Below the pieces are notes generated by a model. That model was not told the origin of the DNA, did no database searches, and worked only from the letters and a program-made list of their open reading frames with translations. A DNA stretch of 64,000 nucleotides. Source: Guillardia theta CCMP2712 (taxonomy: Eukaryota > Protista > Cryptophyta). Below, one piece after another: positions 11,376 to 28,651 of the stretch (within the stretch, counting starts at the first letter, position 1; each line of letters opens with the position of its first letter). Location: NCBI RefSeq assembly GCF_000315625.1, contig NW_005434533.1:93821-157820 (forward strand), read 5' to 3'. A program made the translations under genes and the position numbers.

Positions 11376-12966
11376 ATGCCCTCCCTTGCTCTAGCAGGGA
11401 GCTTGCTTGCTGTGGTATGTGCGGGGGCGTTCGCCATGCCGGCTCGTCCATACCGTGAGCTCCGAGTGGGTCAACGAGACAGACACCATGCTACCTCGAT
11501 GGATGGCAACAACTCCCGCTGGTTCTCGCAGCGGGTAGACCATTTCTCCGACAGCCCGGAAACTTGGATGCAACGGTACTTTGTGAACGAGACGTTCTTC
11601 CGCATGGGATCCGGTCCTGTCTTCCTCTGCGTAGGAGGAGAAGGGCCACCCATGACGGAGCAGGTGGTTGTAACAGGGGAGAACCATTGCGCTCTTATGG
11701 TCCACCTGGCGAGAATTCATGGCGCGCTCATCTTGGCGTTGGAACATCGTTACTATGGCGAGTCGCATCCACGGAAAGACTTGTCCGTTGAAAACATGAG
11801 GTTTCTTTCGAGCAGACAAGCTTTAGAAGACATCGCTTCTTTTCATTCGCACATCAGGAGCGCATTTGCGATCTCGTCCAAGCAACGATGGATCACGTTC
11901 GGAGGAAGTTACCCAGGAATGCTAGCGGCATGGAGCCATGCGAAATTCCCACATCTCTTTCATGCCGCGGTGTCCTCCTCGGCGCCTGTTCAGGCCATAC
12001 TCAACATGAAAGGCTACAACAACGTCGTTGCGAGTGACTTTGCCGACGAGACGCTGGGAGGATCCATGCTGTGCTTGAACACCATCAAAGGGGCCTTTGC
12101 GCAGGTAGGAGAATATCTGTTGAGCTACGAGGGCAGGAGGTATCTCAAGACAAGATTCTCCGTCTGCGGAGGGGACGATGTTCTAGAAGACATCAAGAAT
12201 CGAGCATTGTTCGCAGAAACGCTGAGCGACCCGCTCATCCCTCAGTCCAACGACCCCAGTTGCACCTCCCCCCTCTGCGACATCAGGCGGCAATGTAAGT
12301 TCCTGACGGATCAGAGCCTTGGGAAGCCGCTGGACAGGCTCGTTGCGATGATGGACAGCGTGCGAGACGGTTCTTGCCTTGACACAGACTATCAGATGAT
12401 GCTTGCTGGGTTGCAAGATATAAAGATCAGCGAGGACAGGACTGACAGAACGTGGTTCTATCAGACCTGCACTGAGTTCGGGTTCTATCAGACATGCGAT
12501 CCCGACTCTCGCTGCCCCTTCGTGTCAAGTCCTCACCTGAACAACGTGTACTTCTCCACGGACATGTGCAAGGTTGTCTTCAACATGAGCTTCGAAAAGA
12601 CCGCTGAGTTCGTCCGAGAGTCCAACAATGAGTACGGGGGGCTGAATCTCCAGTCTTACAACATCATCTTCGTCAATGGCGGAGCGGACCCATGGAAGTC
12701 TCAGTCCATGCTCCACCCGTCGAACGCCTACGTGCAGACTGTCATGGTCAAGGGGGCGTCGCACCATTTCTGGACCCATCCTGAACTCCCTACGGACTCA
12801 ACTGAGGTGAGGGTTTGTGAGAAAGCTTCCGCTCCTTATCAAGGTTTTCATTCTTATCTCGCAGGTGAAGCATGCTCGCCGAATTATCGCACAGTTCGTC
12901 CGTGATGTCCTTGCGCAGAAGGCCTCCCACTCCGAAAGATCCCGGGCAGCGGACGTCCTGACATAG
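11376..12966 (+). CDS. Serine carboxypeptidase family S28 (PRCP/thymus-specific serine protease-like), secreted/lysosomal
   Basis: WFSQRVDHF, FLCVGGEGP, LEHRYYGES, SSRQALEDIA, FGGSYPG, WFYQTCTEFG, NGGADPW, GASHH; one intron at ~12807-12864. Confidence 0.93.
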
Positions 12967-13634
12967 CAAGCATGATCAATTGTAGCATACACAAACTCTT
13001 GAGAGGATCCTGTACAGTAAAGCAGCTCGTGCTCTTGTCGTTATTGCGCTACTTTGCATTCTTCTCCTCTCCTCCCTCTTCTCATCCGCGAGTCTTAACT
13101 CCCCTTCTTCTCCATTCGCGCCATTGCGTCCAATCAAATGGATTTAGGGGTTATCCTGCAAGTGCAGGGGGTAGGGGGTACTATGTTTTGTTATGAGAAC
13201 CCGCCTAATTGTAGTAGAAAGTAGGGGTTACAGATTTTTAGGAAGGGTTACAAGTCGGTGGGGTAAGGTACGTAGGAGGGGGTTCTGAGAATGGCCGACT
13301 GGATGCTCTATGTGCGGAGAGGACTAACGATGCAGCCGAGGAGGAGACGAGGCAGAGGAAGAGGAGAGGGATATGCAGAGATCATGGAGGAAGACAGGGA
13401 GAGATCGAGAGGGAAGGGCGGGAGGGAAGGAGAGGAAGAGGAGGAATACATGACCAGGTGGAGGAGGTGGTGACGGAACAAGAGTGAAGGTTAGGACCGC
13501 GCAGAGAGCGTGAGCTCAGTCAGGGAGTGACCGAAGAGCAGGAAAGAGAAGGCAGAGAGAGAGTGGCAGAGAAGCAATGGCAGAGCGCTTCTTGGACTCA
13601 TGTAGCTTCTAACCTTGACGTCTACAGCCCCCCC

Positions 13635-14991
13635 ATGGCTGGCTGGAAACACTCGATCATCTTGCTCCTGGCCCTGGCTGTCAGCGACGGGTTCTACTCT
13701 CCTGCTCCATTGCGTTATCACAGACACGAAGCAAGTGCTCCTGCTCTCTGCCAACAGGTTGTGGAGGGGAGGGGAGGGGAGGGGAGGGGAGGGGAGGAGG
13801 GAGGAGACGAGGAACCTGACGCCGTCCTCTAATCCTCAGAGATGCCTCCGCCGTCCCCGTGTGCTGAACCTGCGGATGAAGGTAAGCTCCCCCATGTGCT
13901 CAAGGAGCACAGTGAGGCTTGAGGCTCAGATGAACCCGGAGGACGAGGATGCGCTCCCAGGAGATGAAGGGATGAGCATGCTGAACCCGGTCGCGTGCTG
14001 CCCTGCTCCCTTCCTTGCTGCTCCTGAGACGCGACAGGTCGAGAAGGAGTTCATGGAGAACTGGAACGAGCTCATGTACTCGGAGCTGAGGATGCGAAAT
14101 GCGGTAGCGCTCTTGTTGGCAGCATGCCGCGCCTGGGTGATGAAGTGCGTGAAGGTCACCGGGGAGGCTGGGATTGCGGATAGAATCATGCCGGACGCGT
14201 CGATGGAGCCTCGAGATGTGATCGCGACGGTGATGGGGATGATGGGGATGAGAGCAATGGTGGTGGTGCCACCGACTAGCAGGAGGAGCGAGGGGGCGAG
14301 GGGGCGAGGGGGCGAGGGAGGGAAGAGGAGGGGGAGGAGGAGGAGCAACAGCAGCAAGCTACATGAACAGCAAGAATGTCTTCGATTGATGTTCTTGTCC
14401 TCCTGCAGGTTGTCAACGCGCTTATGATCAATGATGTTCCTTCGGTGGACAACGGATGCGCCATTGCGATCCGTTTCAGCAGCAGCAGCAACCCCCTTGG
14501 CAAGCTCACAGCAACGGATTTGTCTCGTTTTTTCCGATCGACGGGGTTCAACGTGAGAGATACTTTCTCACCCTCTCATTTACGTTCCGCCAAGATGTAC
14601 TTGTCGAGTGTTGAACTCAGTGCTGACGGATGCCTTGGGCAGATTCTCGTGTCGTATCCCGACGAGTTCATCTTCGCAGGGGAAGCGTTCATTCAGACTT
14701 GTGGGGAAATTTCATACGCATTGCAGGTAGGAAGGTAGGAAGGGGAGGGGGGGGTGAGGTGTTGAAAAAGGAAAGGAGTGGGAGTGGCGGAAGGAGAGGA
14801 GAGGGAGAAGCGGGAGGAGGGGGAGGACGGGGAGGGGAGGGAGTGCTAGTTGTGAAACCTGTGCTGTCTGACAGGATGTTGAGATTTCGAACTCCATGAC
14901 CAACTCAACGGTTACACTTCGGTTTTTATTGGTCCGAGAATCGGAGAGCCTCTCATGGCTCATTGAGTCCCTTTCCTTAAGACCCGAATAA
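13635..14991 (+). CDS. Plastid-targeted protein with DUF4864-like (NTF2-like) domain
   Basis: Signal ending SDG|F; spliced core PDASMEPRDVIATVVNALMINDVPSVDNGCAIAIRFSSSSN...RFLL...WLIESL resembles the P..V...l.AL..ND.P..D.G.....FaS pattern. Confidence 0.6.
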
Positions 14992-15117
14992 TCTTCCTTC
15001 CAAAAGTTTCGCACAAGTTAAAGAAACACTCGCAAACAGAGCTCAGGCGCATGGCCGAAGTTAGTGTGAACGTTCGAGATATCTAACTAGAAGCGCATCG
15101 CGCCTCTCACGCCTGAC

Positions 15118-16530
15118 TCAAGACGATGGGTTTGGGAATGTCAACTTTCTGCAACATCCACGAGCCTCGCTGGTAATCGCTCGAGAGCACTTTGGAGTTG
15201 AAGACCTCCTGCTCGTCACAGATTTCAGTTCCATGATCACATCATTTCTTGTTATTCTTATTGGACCTGCTCTTGCGACGATTCGCTTTCCTTCAGTCTC
15301 CTCTGATGGAAAACCCTCGGGATCAAGCACTTGGCACTGACAGTTGGAAAACTCCCCAGGCCGGCCACAACGCCAGAGGGCGTGAGCTAGTGGCAGTCAA
15401 AGGACAAACAGAAGAAATAGACTGCATCATGGGTCGCACCTGGACAGCTTTTCCTCCAGGAGCAATGTAGATCGTCGATTTGATAATGTCCAACGTCTCC
15501 ATCCGCTCCTCCATCGCCATGAGGCGATTCTCCTGCTCAGCCGTCAAACATCATCACGTCATCTGAGCCATCGCGTCGCAACCTGCAGTCTGACAGCCGC
15601 AAGCATAGACTTCAACTTCTTGTTCTGGTGTACGTTAAACTTCCCCGACAAGCACTTGACGAACTTGTACCTTGGTTTTGCCGTCCTTGACGGCCGAGAC
15701 CTTCTTGTTGAGTTCTTCAACCTTTGCTCGCTGTTTCACCAATTCTTGCTCCTGAGGACGGCAAGGAAGTCAGGACCCTTCCAGATCATCATCGCCTCCA
15801 TCACCTTCTCCATGATCTCCCGATAAATCTCGTTGCGAAGGAAAACTCCATCGATCTCCACAAGGAACGAAGTGCTCTTCAGATCCTCGTCCTTGGACAC
15901 GCCATAGAACTTGTTGGCCGGCACAGAGGTTATCGTGTGCTTGTCCTCCACCTCATTCTTGTTCCAATCCAATGATCGAGCGGCGCTGGACAGGCTTCGC
16001 CCTCGTGCTATTTGAGGGGTCTCAGGAACTTTCTCGGGGGACTGCTTACATAACCCTCAGCGCTCTTCCTCGCACGTCGTTCACGTACCTTTGAGCTGGA
16101 TGGATTCGAAGTTCTGCCTCTCTTGCTGATCCCCTGGGAAGAAGACGTGTCCTCCTGCGAGCGTTTCGATCCTCGATTGAAAAGCAACCGCGGGGTAATG
16201 AAGGCCCCGCCGACATTCGGAGACAAGGAGTCCGAGTCGGCCGGTGTTGAGGAAGGGAACGTGCGAGAGCGATATCTTCTCTGGCGCATCGCATCCGTAC
16301 GCTCCTTGCCTGCTCAGCCAATCATTCAGAACAACCCCACCCATGGCAGGACTGGCACCTGCTCCAGAAGTCATGGGCGTACCCCGGGTGAGGGTTGATG
16401 GGGCAGGTGTTTCAGGTGTGTGAACCTCTTCATCCTGGATCACTTGCTGTGTTCTTGCCCTGGTTGTCCTCCCCTCTCTCACGCTAGCACGCGCCCCCTC
16501 CTCCTTGCTTCCTGTACCCTTGCCGCGCAT
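15118..16530 (-). CDS. Hypothetical multi-exon protein with coiled-coil segment (ends uncertain)
   Basis: Successive GT-AG-bounded open segments (FESIQLK; SLDWNKNEVEDK...; QELVKQRAKVEELNKK; ENRLMAMEERMETLDII). Confidence 0.5.
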
Positions 16531-16790
16531 AGCACTGCCTGTTGGGACTTTCCTTTTTCGGCAAGTCGGGTTACGTGACGCCGGGTAGCCCGGCTGTACC
16601 GACTCGCGGCGCCTGGCTCCAGTAACTGATCCGCCGATGGCCCGGCGTGATAGGCCCACGCCCGGCCCTTCACGAGTCACTGCCGGGATCTCATATGACC
16701 GCCGCCGGACCGTGACGGTCGCTGCCAGCGGTCCGATAACTTGGCATGATGGCCCCCGCATCGGGCCGCGCCGGGCCCGGCCCGGGCTGA

Positions 16791-17492
16791 TGGATTGATG
16801 GAACGTATGCCAGCCGTGCCAGTCAGATAGCGCCGAGTTAACAAAAACTCTCCTGTAAACCAAGACGACTTACGTGGCAGGCGGCAATGTAGTACATGTG
16901 ACGAAGAGGAGGCCTTCCTAGCCGTCTTGCTAAGGTCCCCTCATGTCTGGATGCTTGGGTTTCACTTCCTAGCATACAGTCTATCTCTCATGTGCTCCTC
17001 AATTCTGGTTTCGTGTGCATTAAACTCGGTCTTGAGCAAAAACTGTCTTGTTGAGATTAAGGTCGATGTGATATCTGCGTGACTTTGGACTAGTACAAGT
17101 CTAACAAACTTGTATTCCGTCATGGATTGTGACGGAGCACTGGCAACTTAGTTGCCACTGCCGTTAGACTTGTACTGTGCCAAAGTTGAATTGCTCAAGC
17201 ACAAAAACAGAATTGAGGAGCACATGAGAGATAGACTAGTATGCCAGTGCTAGGATACCAGTGACTTGAACCCAAGCATCCAGACAAGCCTCCGAGGGAA
17301 AACCCCCGGCTGCATCGTCCCACTATCATACTACATGGCCGCCTTGTTCGGAGTCACGCCGTAACGATCGGGCATCGTCTTGGAGAGTTTGTTAACTCGG
17401 GACTACAGCCTGGGACTCGGAGTTTTGTTACTACAAGAGAGTTTTGCCAGTTGCTATCTGACTGGCACGGTTGGCATCATCGGCGATCCATC
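16791..17492. repeat. ~700 bp imperfect inverted repeat (foldback; MITE-like or hairpin-RNA locus)
   Basis: Nested arm matches, e.g. atgccagccgtgccagtcagatagc/gctatctgactggcacggttggcat; tgtctggatgcttgggtt/aacccaagcatccagaca; agtctatctctcatgtgctcctcaattctg/cagaattgaggagcacatgagagatagact; agtacaagtctaac/gttagacttgtact. Confidence 0.9.
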
Positions 17493-17639
17493 CGAACTGC
17501 GGCCGGCAAGTTCAACGGTTGCCAGTTTATGAAGTCACTCACGGTAGGGTACTGAAAGTGAACTTGAAGCGCGCGATCATCGGATCATACTAGCCTATCT
17601 CTGAACAAAAATCTAACTTGAGACTTACTTGACTTGGGC

Positions 17640-18075
17640 TCTATATTACCGTACCGCGGCGGCTTCTGGCAGTCTGGCAGCCCGCCGGGCCCGCCCGTAA
17701 TCACGGTACCGTAGTACGGTAGTGGTAGTACCGTGGGCCGGATGTATGGCCGGGCAGTCCGATCATCCGGCGGGCCGGGCCCAGTGCCGATCCGTCGGAT
17801 CCGATCGGACCGGGCCCCGCCCGCCGGGGCCGGCCCGGCGGTCTGCTGATCAGATAATCGGCCGGCGGCGTGACCGTCAGCTGCCGGGCCGCCCCTGGGA
17901 GGCCCGCCAGCCGCTCACGGTTGCCAACTCCGACTTTAGATGCCATCGGATGGCCCGGCGGCCCGGGCCCCGCCGCGCCCGCGCATCCCGGCCCGACGGT
18001 TGGGTGCCCGGCCAGTCACGGTGTGACCTCGCGCCGCCGGCCGGGGCCGGAGACATCAGGCGGCAAAGCGGGGAC
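17640..18075. other. GC-rich palindromic-word island
   Basis: cggtaccg, ccgatcgg, cggatccg, ccgggccc, gtcacggtgtgac. Confidence 0.6.
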
Positions 18076-19259
18076 GAGGGGCACTGATGGGGGAGGGGTT
18101 CCAGTAAAAGGTTGATAGAGAGTCGTAGAGGGAGGCATTGAGGCAGTCATTTGAGGGGGGATGAGAAATGCTCCCAAGAGGGGTAGGGGTAGTCCTCCTA
18201 ACGTCTCTCTCACCTCCCAAAGAAGGGGAGGGGTGTCATCATGTACCCTCAGTTTGCGCGAAATAATCGTATAAAAAGTTGGGTAGGGTACTGTTTTGTA
18301 TGTCTTGGGGTCCCTGATAAGATAAGGCAAGGGGGTGGGGTGAACCTGGTCTTTGAGGTAGTCATGGGGAGACGTAGGAAAAAGAGTAAAAAGAACCAAA
18401 AAAACTTTTAAAAAAGACACGGCTAGATCGATAGGGGTAGTTTCATGGTGTAGTAAGGGGTACTCTTGAGCCATGGTCGAAAAGGAGTGTTTTAATTGTT
18501 GACCAAAAAAAAAAGGAGTCTTTCGCAATGCCGGCTCTGCTCCAGTTCTTGAAATTTGAATATAAACTTTCAAAATTTCAAGTAAAATTTCTCCATTACT
18601 TATCTTTTTGCTCGGACAGTCACCTACGCCCCGTCGATTGTATCAGTGCGGTAAGGGTCCGGCCCTATACTGCAGGTACCACTGATTTGGGTGGGGGTTG
18701 TTCCTTCCGGTCTATGAGGGGGTAGGGTAGTCTTGCAGTTCCTTGCCAGGGGGGTTCTCCATCAGATCGGGGATCGAACTCGCAAACGGTGGGATCTCCC
18801 GGTAGTAACTGGCAATCCTGGGGTCGTTGTTAGGTTCATTAAGTTCGAGTGGGGGTAGGGTCATTGTGGCAGAGCTCGTGACCAGGGGTGGGTTGGGGTG
18901 GACTTTTGGAGGGCCCCTGACGTCCCAACAGCCTGGAGACAACCAGGGTGTACGGCATGTTGATAGGACCGGTGGTTGGACACGGGTGCTTTAATTATAG
19001 GGGCTGTGACCAAGAACGGGTGGGGTGCCACGGGGGTAGTAACGGATGGGGTAAAAGGTGGGTGGGTAGTGGGGCGAGGGGATGTAGAGGAGACGCTGGC
19101 GCCTTGTTTTTCCAGCCATCTCCCTCCTCTCCCAATCGCTCTTTCCTCGGAAGACCCCCCACGGACCTCTCCCCTCGCAGGTTCCAAGGCTCTCCCTCCT
19201 CCTCCCCTCCCTTGATAGCGAGCTCCAACTCCTTCAACTTGAGTTGTTCAACAGAAAGT

Positions 19260-20903
19260 ATGCGTGTAGCTCTCGCCCTCTTGGCGATCCTGTCCGCCAC
19301 GGTGGATGCAAGGAAATGTGATGTGTGCTGGTTGACATCCCTGCAATGTACCCCGCCCACAGGCACTCCATCCGCTGGAAAGCCAATTGCAACCACGAAC
19401 TGCAACTTCGGATACAGTGATGGGTCCTTCTCAAAAGATGATACCGACAACGGTTTGGAGCCTCTCAGCTACCAGGTCGCAATGTACACCGGCTGCGGCA
19501 AGGGTGCCACCGACCCTGCCTATTGCAATGCGACTTCGAGCGCGATGAAAGCGAAGATGGTCTTTGGAAGTGATGGAAGCAGTCTCAGTTATGCTGCTAC
19601 CATTCCATACATCGACCATAGCAAGGGTGTTCGCCTCTTCTCCCTTGCGGCTGTTGGCAGCGACATTCAGATGGTTGAGCTGAGCTTTCCCAGACCTGAC
19701 TCTAAGACCAACAAGCTCTCTTCATGGAAAGGAAAGGATGTCACTGACTCCAACAAGGTCCTCATACCCTCCACTGAGCCACTTGCTGCCATCCAGGCTG
19801 GAAGCTTGTCCACCTGGTGCACATTCCTCGGAGCAAGCGGAAACTGGTTGATCGAGAGCAGGGTGGAGATTAACATCCAGGCGACTGTGCTCTACCGCTA
19901 TGCTGTTGGTCAGATCCCTAAAATCACTGCCACATATGCCATGCCTGACAAGAAGACCCTCTACGTGGCAAACGACAAGTACTTGTTCATGTTTGTTTCC
20001 GATCATGCCAAGGATCTCACGTCCGGGCATCTCTATGTTGCTAAGATGGGCTCCAAGGACGTGAAGTGGCTCGACATGGGCAAAACCAATGCTACTGCCG
20101 TCAAGGATGAGATGAAGAAGGGCCTGAAATTCGATGACTACAAGTCCTCGGGCAAGATCAAGGCTGGTATGGAGGGAGTTGCTTCCAGGTTGTTCCCCGA
20201 AGATTATGCAAGCATGCTTGGCGCCACCGAAATGAGCGGAATCACTGGTTTGACTTACAACATGGACGACAAGGGCGCCACTGGCAAGGAGGCTGCTCTC
20301 GGTGCATTCTTTGTGTCGTTTGCTGGAAGCATGAAGAGCTCGGCCTTTGGAGGTACTGATCAGACTTGCGGTACCATCTACAAGTTCGACGTTGGATCTC
20401 TCACCACCTGCGATCTCTCTGGAGCCAAGTGCACTTCTGATGAGAAGAAGAAGGCCAAGGCCGTCTGCTCTCTCGGTCTCAAGACCTTCGAGCCGGACTT
20501 TGTCGCTGGTGGCTCTTGCAAGAAGATCCAGGACCCGATCTACATCAACTTCGCCTCCTACCACAACATGCTCTTCGTCGCCGACTCCAAGTCCAAGGTC
20601 TGGGCCGTCGACTTCAGTGGAAACGGCATCTCGCAGGAGCCTGTCCTCATCTTCGAGGCTGTAGGAAACATTGCCGGAATCACCTGGCTCAGCAACCTCG
20701 TTGGAGATGGCCGCTCCTATCTGTCAATCAACGTCGGAGATGCTAAGACCGGAAACAGCTACATTGGCTACCTCGGTCCGTTCACTCTCAAGGGATACAT
20801 GTCTGGATCCTACGACGTGCTTCACAACATCGGCTGCCCCATCCGCGGCAAAGATGACTACTTGTACGAAGCTACCAAGTATGTCGACCCTGTAGTGCAG
20901 TAA
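19260..20903 (+). CDS. Secreted PhoX/DUF839-fold (beta-propeller) protein, intronless, metal ligands degenerate
   Basis: Signal MRVALALLAILSATVDA; AGSLSTWCTFLG, YAMPDKKTLYVAND, LFMFVSDHAKDLTSGHLYVAK, ASRL...YASMLGAT, CGTIYKF, YIGYLGPF match the algal/bacterial PhoX block order. Confidence 0.75.
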   Translation: MRVALALLAILSATVDARKCDVCWLTSLQCTPPTGTPSAGKPIATTNCNFGYSDGSFSKDDTDNGLEPLSYQVAMYTGCGKGATDPAYCNATSSAMKAKMVFGSDGSSLSYAATIPYIDHSKGVRLFSLAAVGSDIQMVELSFPRPDSKTNKLSSWKGKDVTDSNKVLIPSTEPLAAIQAGSLSTWCTFLGASGNWLIESRVEINIQATVLYRYAVGQIPKITATYAMPDKKTLYVANDKYLFMFVSDHAKDLTSGHLYVAKMGSKDVKWLDMGKTNATAVKDEMKKGLKFDDYKSSGKIKAGMEGVASRLFPEDYASMLGATEMSGITGLTYNMDDKGATGKEAALGAFFVSFAGSMKSSAFGGTDQTCGTIYKFDVGSLTTCDLSGAKCTSDEKKKAKAVCSLGLKTFEPDFVAGGSCKKIQDPIYINFASYHNMLFVADSKSKVWAVDFSGNGISQEPVLIFEAVGNIAGITWLSNLVGDGRSYLSINVGDAKTGNSYIGYLGPFTLKGYMSGSYDVLHNIGCPIRGKDDYLYEATKYVDPVVQ

Positions 20904-22163
20904 TGCTGGCAAGTCTTTTGTATGTAATTTTCAAGATCTGTTTGTGAGAGACTTGAAAAATGTTTGTTTGTTGAATATATTTCGTTATTCTCAACTTCTC
21001 CATTCAATCTTCAACCGCGCTCAATATTTGAGTTGCTTTTGCTAGTTTGCCTCACAATCCAAACACGATATCAGCGCACGAATATACAATCATCTCACAT
21101 GATTGAGTGAAGTATGTGCCTTGTCCTCTGGCAGCTTCTCCTTCACTGTCATCTGGGATACCTGCTGCCGATCTCATTCCTCGTTTTCCATCTTTCTTGA
21201 CTCTTTCCCACCATGTGAATGTAGCTTCACACTTGTGTCAATATGTCAGTCACGTGCTGTGCTGATAACTCCCGTCTCCTCCTCGACTACCTCGCGATCG
21301 CCTTACATGACTTGCGAGGAGTAGTTGGAGAGTTGAAGCCGGAGAGATTCAGGACCGGGCAGTGGCATACTTGGTCGTGCTTTCCTACGAGCAATCCTTA
21401 TGAAAGGAAGCATTAAGAAGGAACGGGAAGCAGGGGACAGAGAAAAGGTGGAACAGAGGAGCGAGTAGGAAGAGAATACTCATGGGGGGGGGGCTGCGAG
21501 GAGGGAATGTAGACAGTGGCAGTGTCGAAATCGACAATCCATGGAGACGAGAAGAGCGAGATGCTGATGGCAAGAAGTAGTTGTGATGGGGGAGGTTGAG
21601 CAGAGGTGGTGGAGGAGAGGCAGGGATAAGAGGACAACAAGAGGATGAGGAGGATGAGGTAGCAAGAGGAGACAGAGGACGGGAAGACAGCATCGAAAGG
21701 AAGGGAGGAGGGGATAGCACTTTGACTTGACTTGTTGTTTCTTGTACATCTCCAGTTTCCTACAAAATCATTACCCCTACCCCCTATTTCATGGTCTAAT
21801 CAACGGGTGCTGTTACATCCCACATAAAAGCTCACCGTCCTCCTTTCGCGCCTGTTCCTCATCTGGTTATCTTGCCTCCTGCCTCTGCTTCCTCCCTATC
21901 CTATCCTCTTGCCTGCCTTCCCTTCCGCTCTCAACCCTCCCTCCTCTCCTCTTGTTGCTTCTCCCTTGCTTGCTTCGGTACCCTCTTCCTTTCATCTCCT
22001 TGCTCGCTCGTTCGTTCAAGTCTCGTCTCTCGTCTCCTTGCGGTCTGCCGTTCTCTGTCATCCTCCTCTGGTCTTCTGCTCTCTTCTTCATTCCTCCCTC
22101 TCCTTCATGCACACGAAGCCATGATCGTTCAACGTGTAGTATGCATGGGTTGAATCCAAGGAC

Positions 22164-28151
<5,988 letters not shown>

Positions 28152-28228
28152 GAGGGAGGAGGGAGGGAGAGACGAGAGAAAGAGGGGGGAGGTGAAGAGG
28201 GAGAGAGGGAGAGAGAGAAGAGAGAAAG

Positions 28229-28259
<31 letters not shown>

Positions 28260-28592
28260 AGAGGTAGAGGTAGAGGTAGAGGGAGAGGGAGAGGGAGGAG
28301 GGAGGTGGAGGAGGGGGGGGGGAGCAGGAATCTTGAGGATCAGATCTGTTCGAACTTGCTCGTTCTATTGACATTATTGGGGGATGGGAGGATTATCGGT
28401 AAACATTGTTTGCCTTCAACTCCTCCACTTCCTCCCCTTCTCCTGCCTGTCCTCCGGTTTCACGGTACCTTCTTCCTACTTCCTCCTTCTGTTTTACAGT
28501 CAAATCGTTTTGTACAGCATCCCGCAAACCTCTACTCTATTCCGCTCCTGCCCCTGCCCCTCCCTCTTCTCGTGCTCCTCGTACTCCTTCTC

Positions 28593-28595
<3 letters not shown>

Positions 28596-28649
<54 letters not shown>
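28596..28649. repeat. (CTG/CAG)n immediately 3' of the stop codon of the minus-strand gene
   Basis: Directly visible. Confidence 0.9.

Positions 28650-28650
<1 letters not shown>

Positions 28651-28651
<1 letters not shown>

Noticed and set aside
11376-11480. AGA|F in the S28 signal peptide suggesting plastid targeting
   Set aside because: Cleavage could equally follow AFA, and the family is lysosomal/secreted; cannot decide from sequence
17701-18115. Arg/Pro/Gly-rich ORFs in the GC islands (also 7979-8607, 39125-39663, 62031-62280)
   Set aside because: Stop-poor by composition; no codon bias or homology
18948-19259. 104-aa N-terminal extension of the 651-aa ORF
   Set aside because: G-rich promoter-like sequence with a non-ATG start; a clean signal peptide begins at ATG 19260
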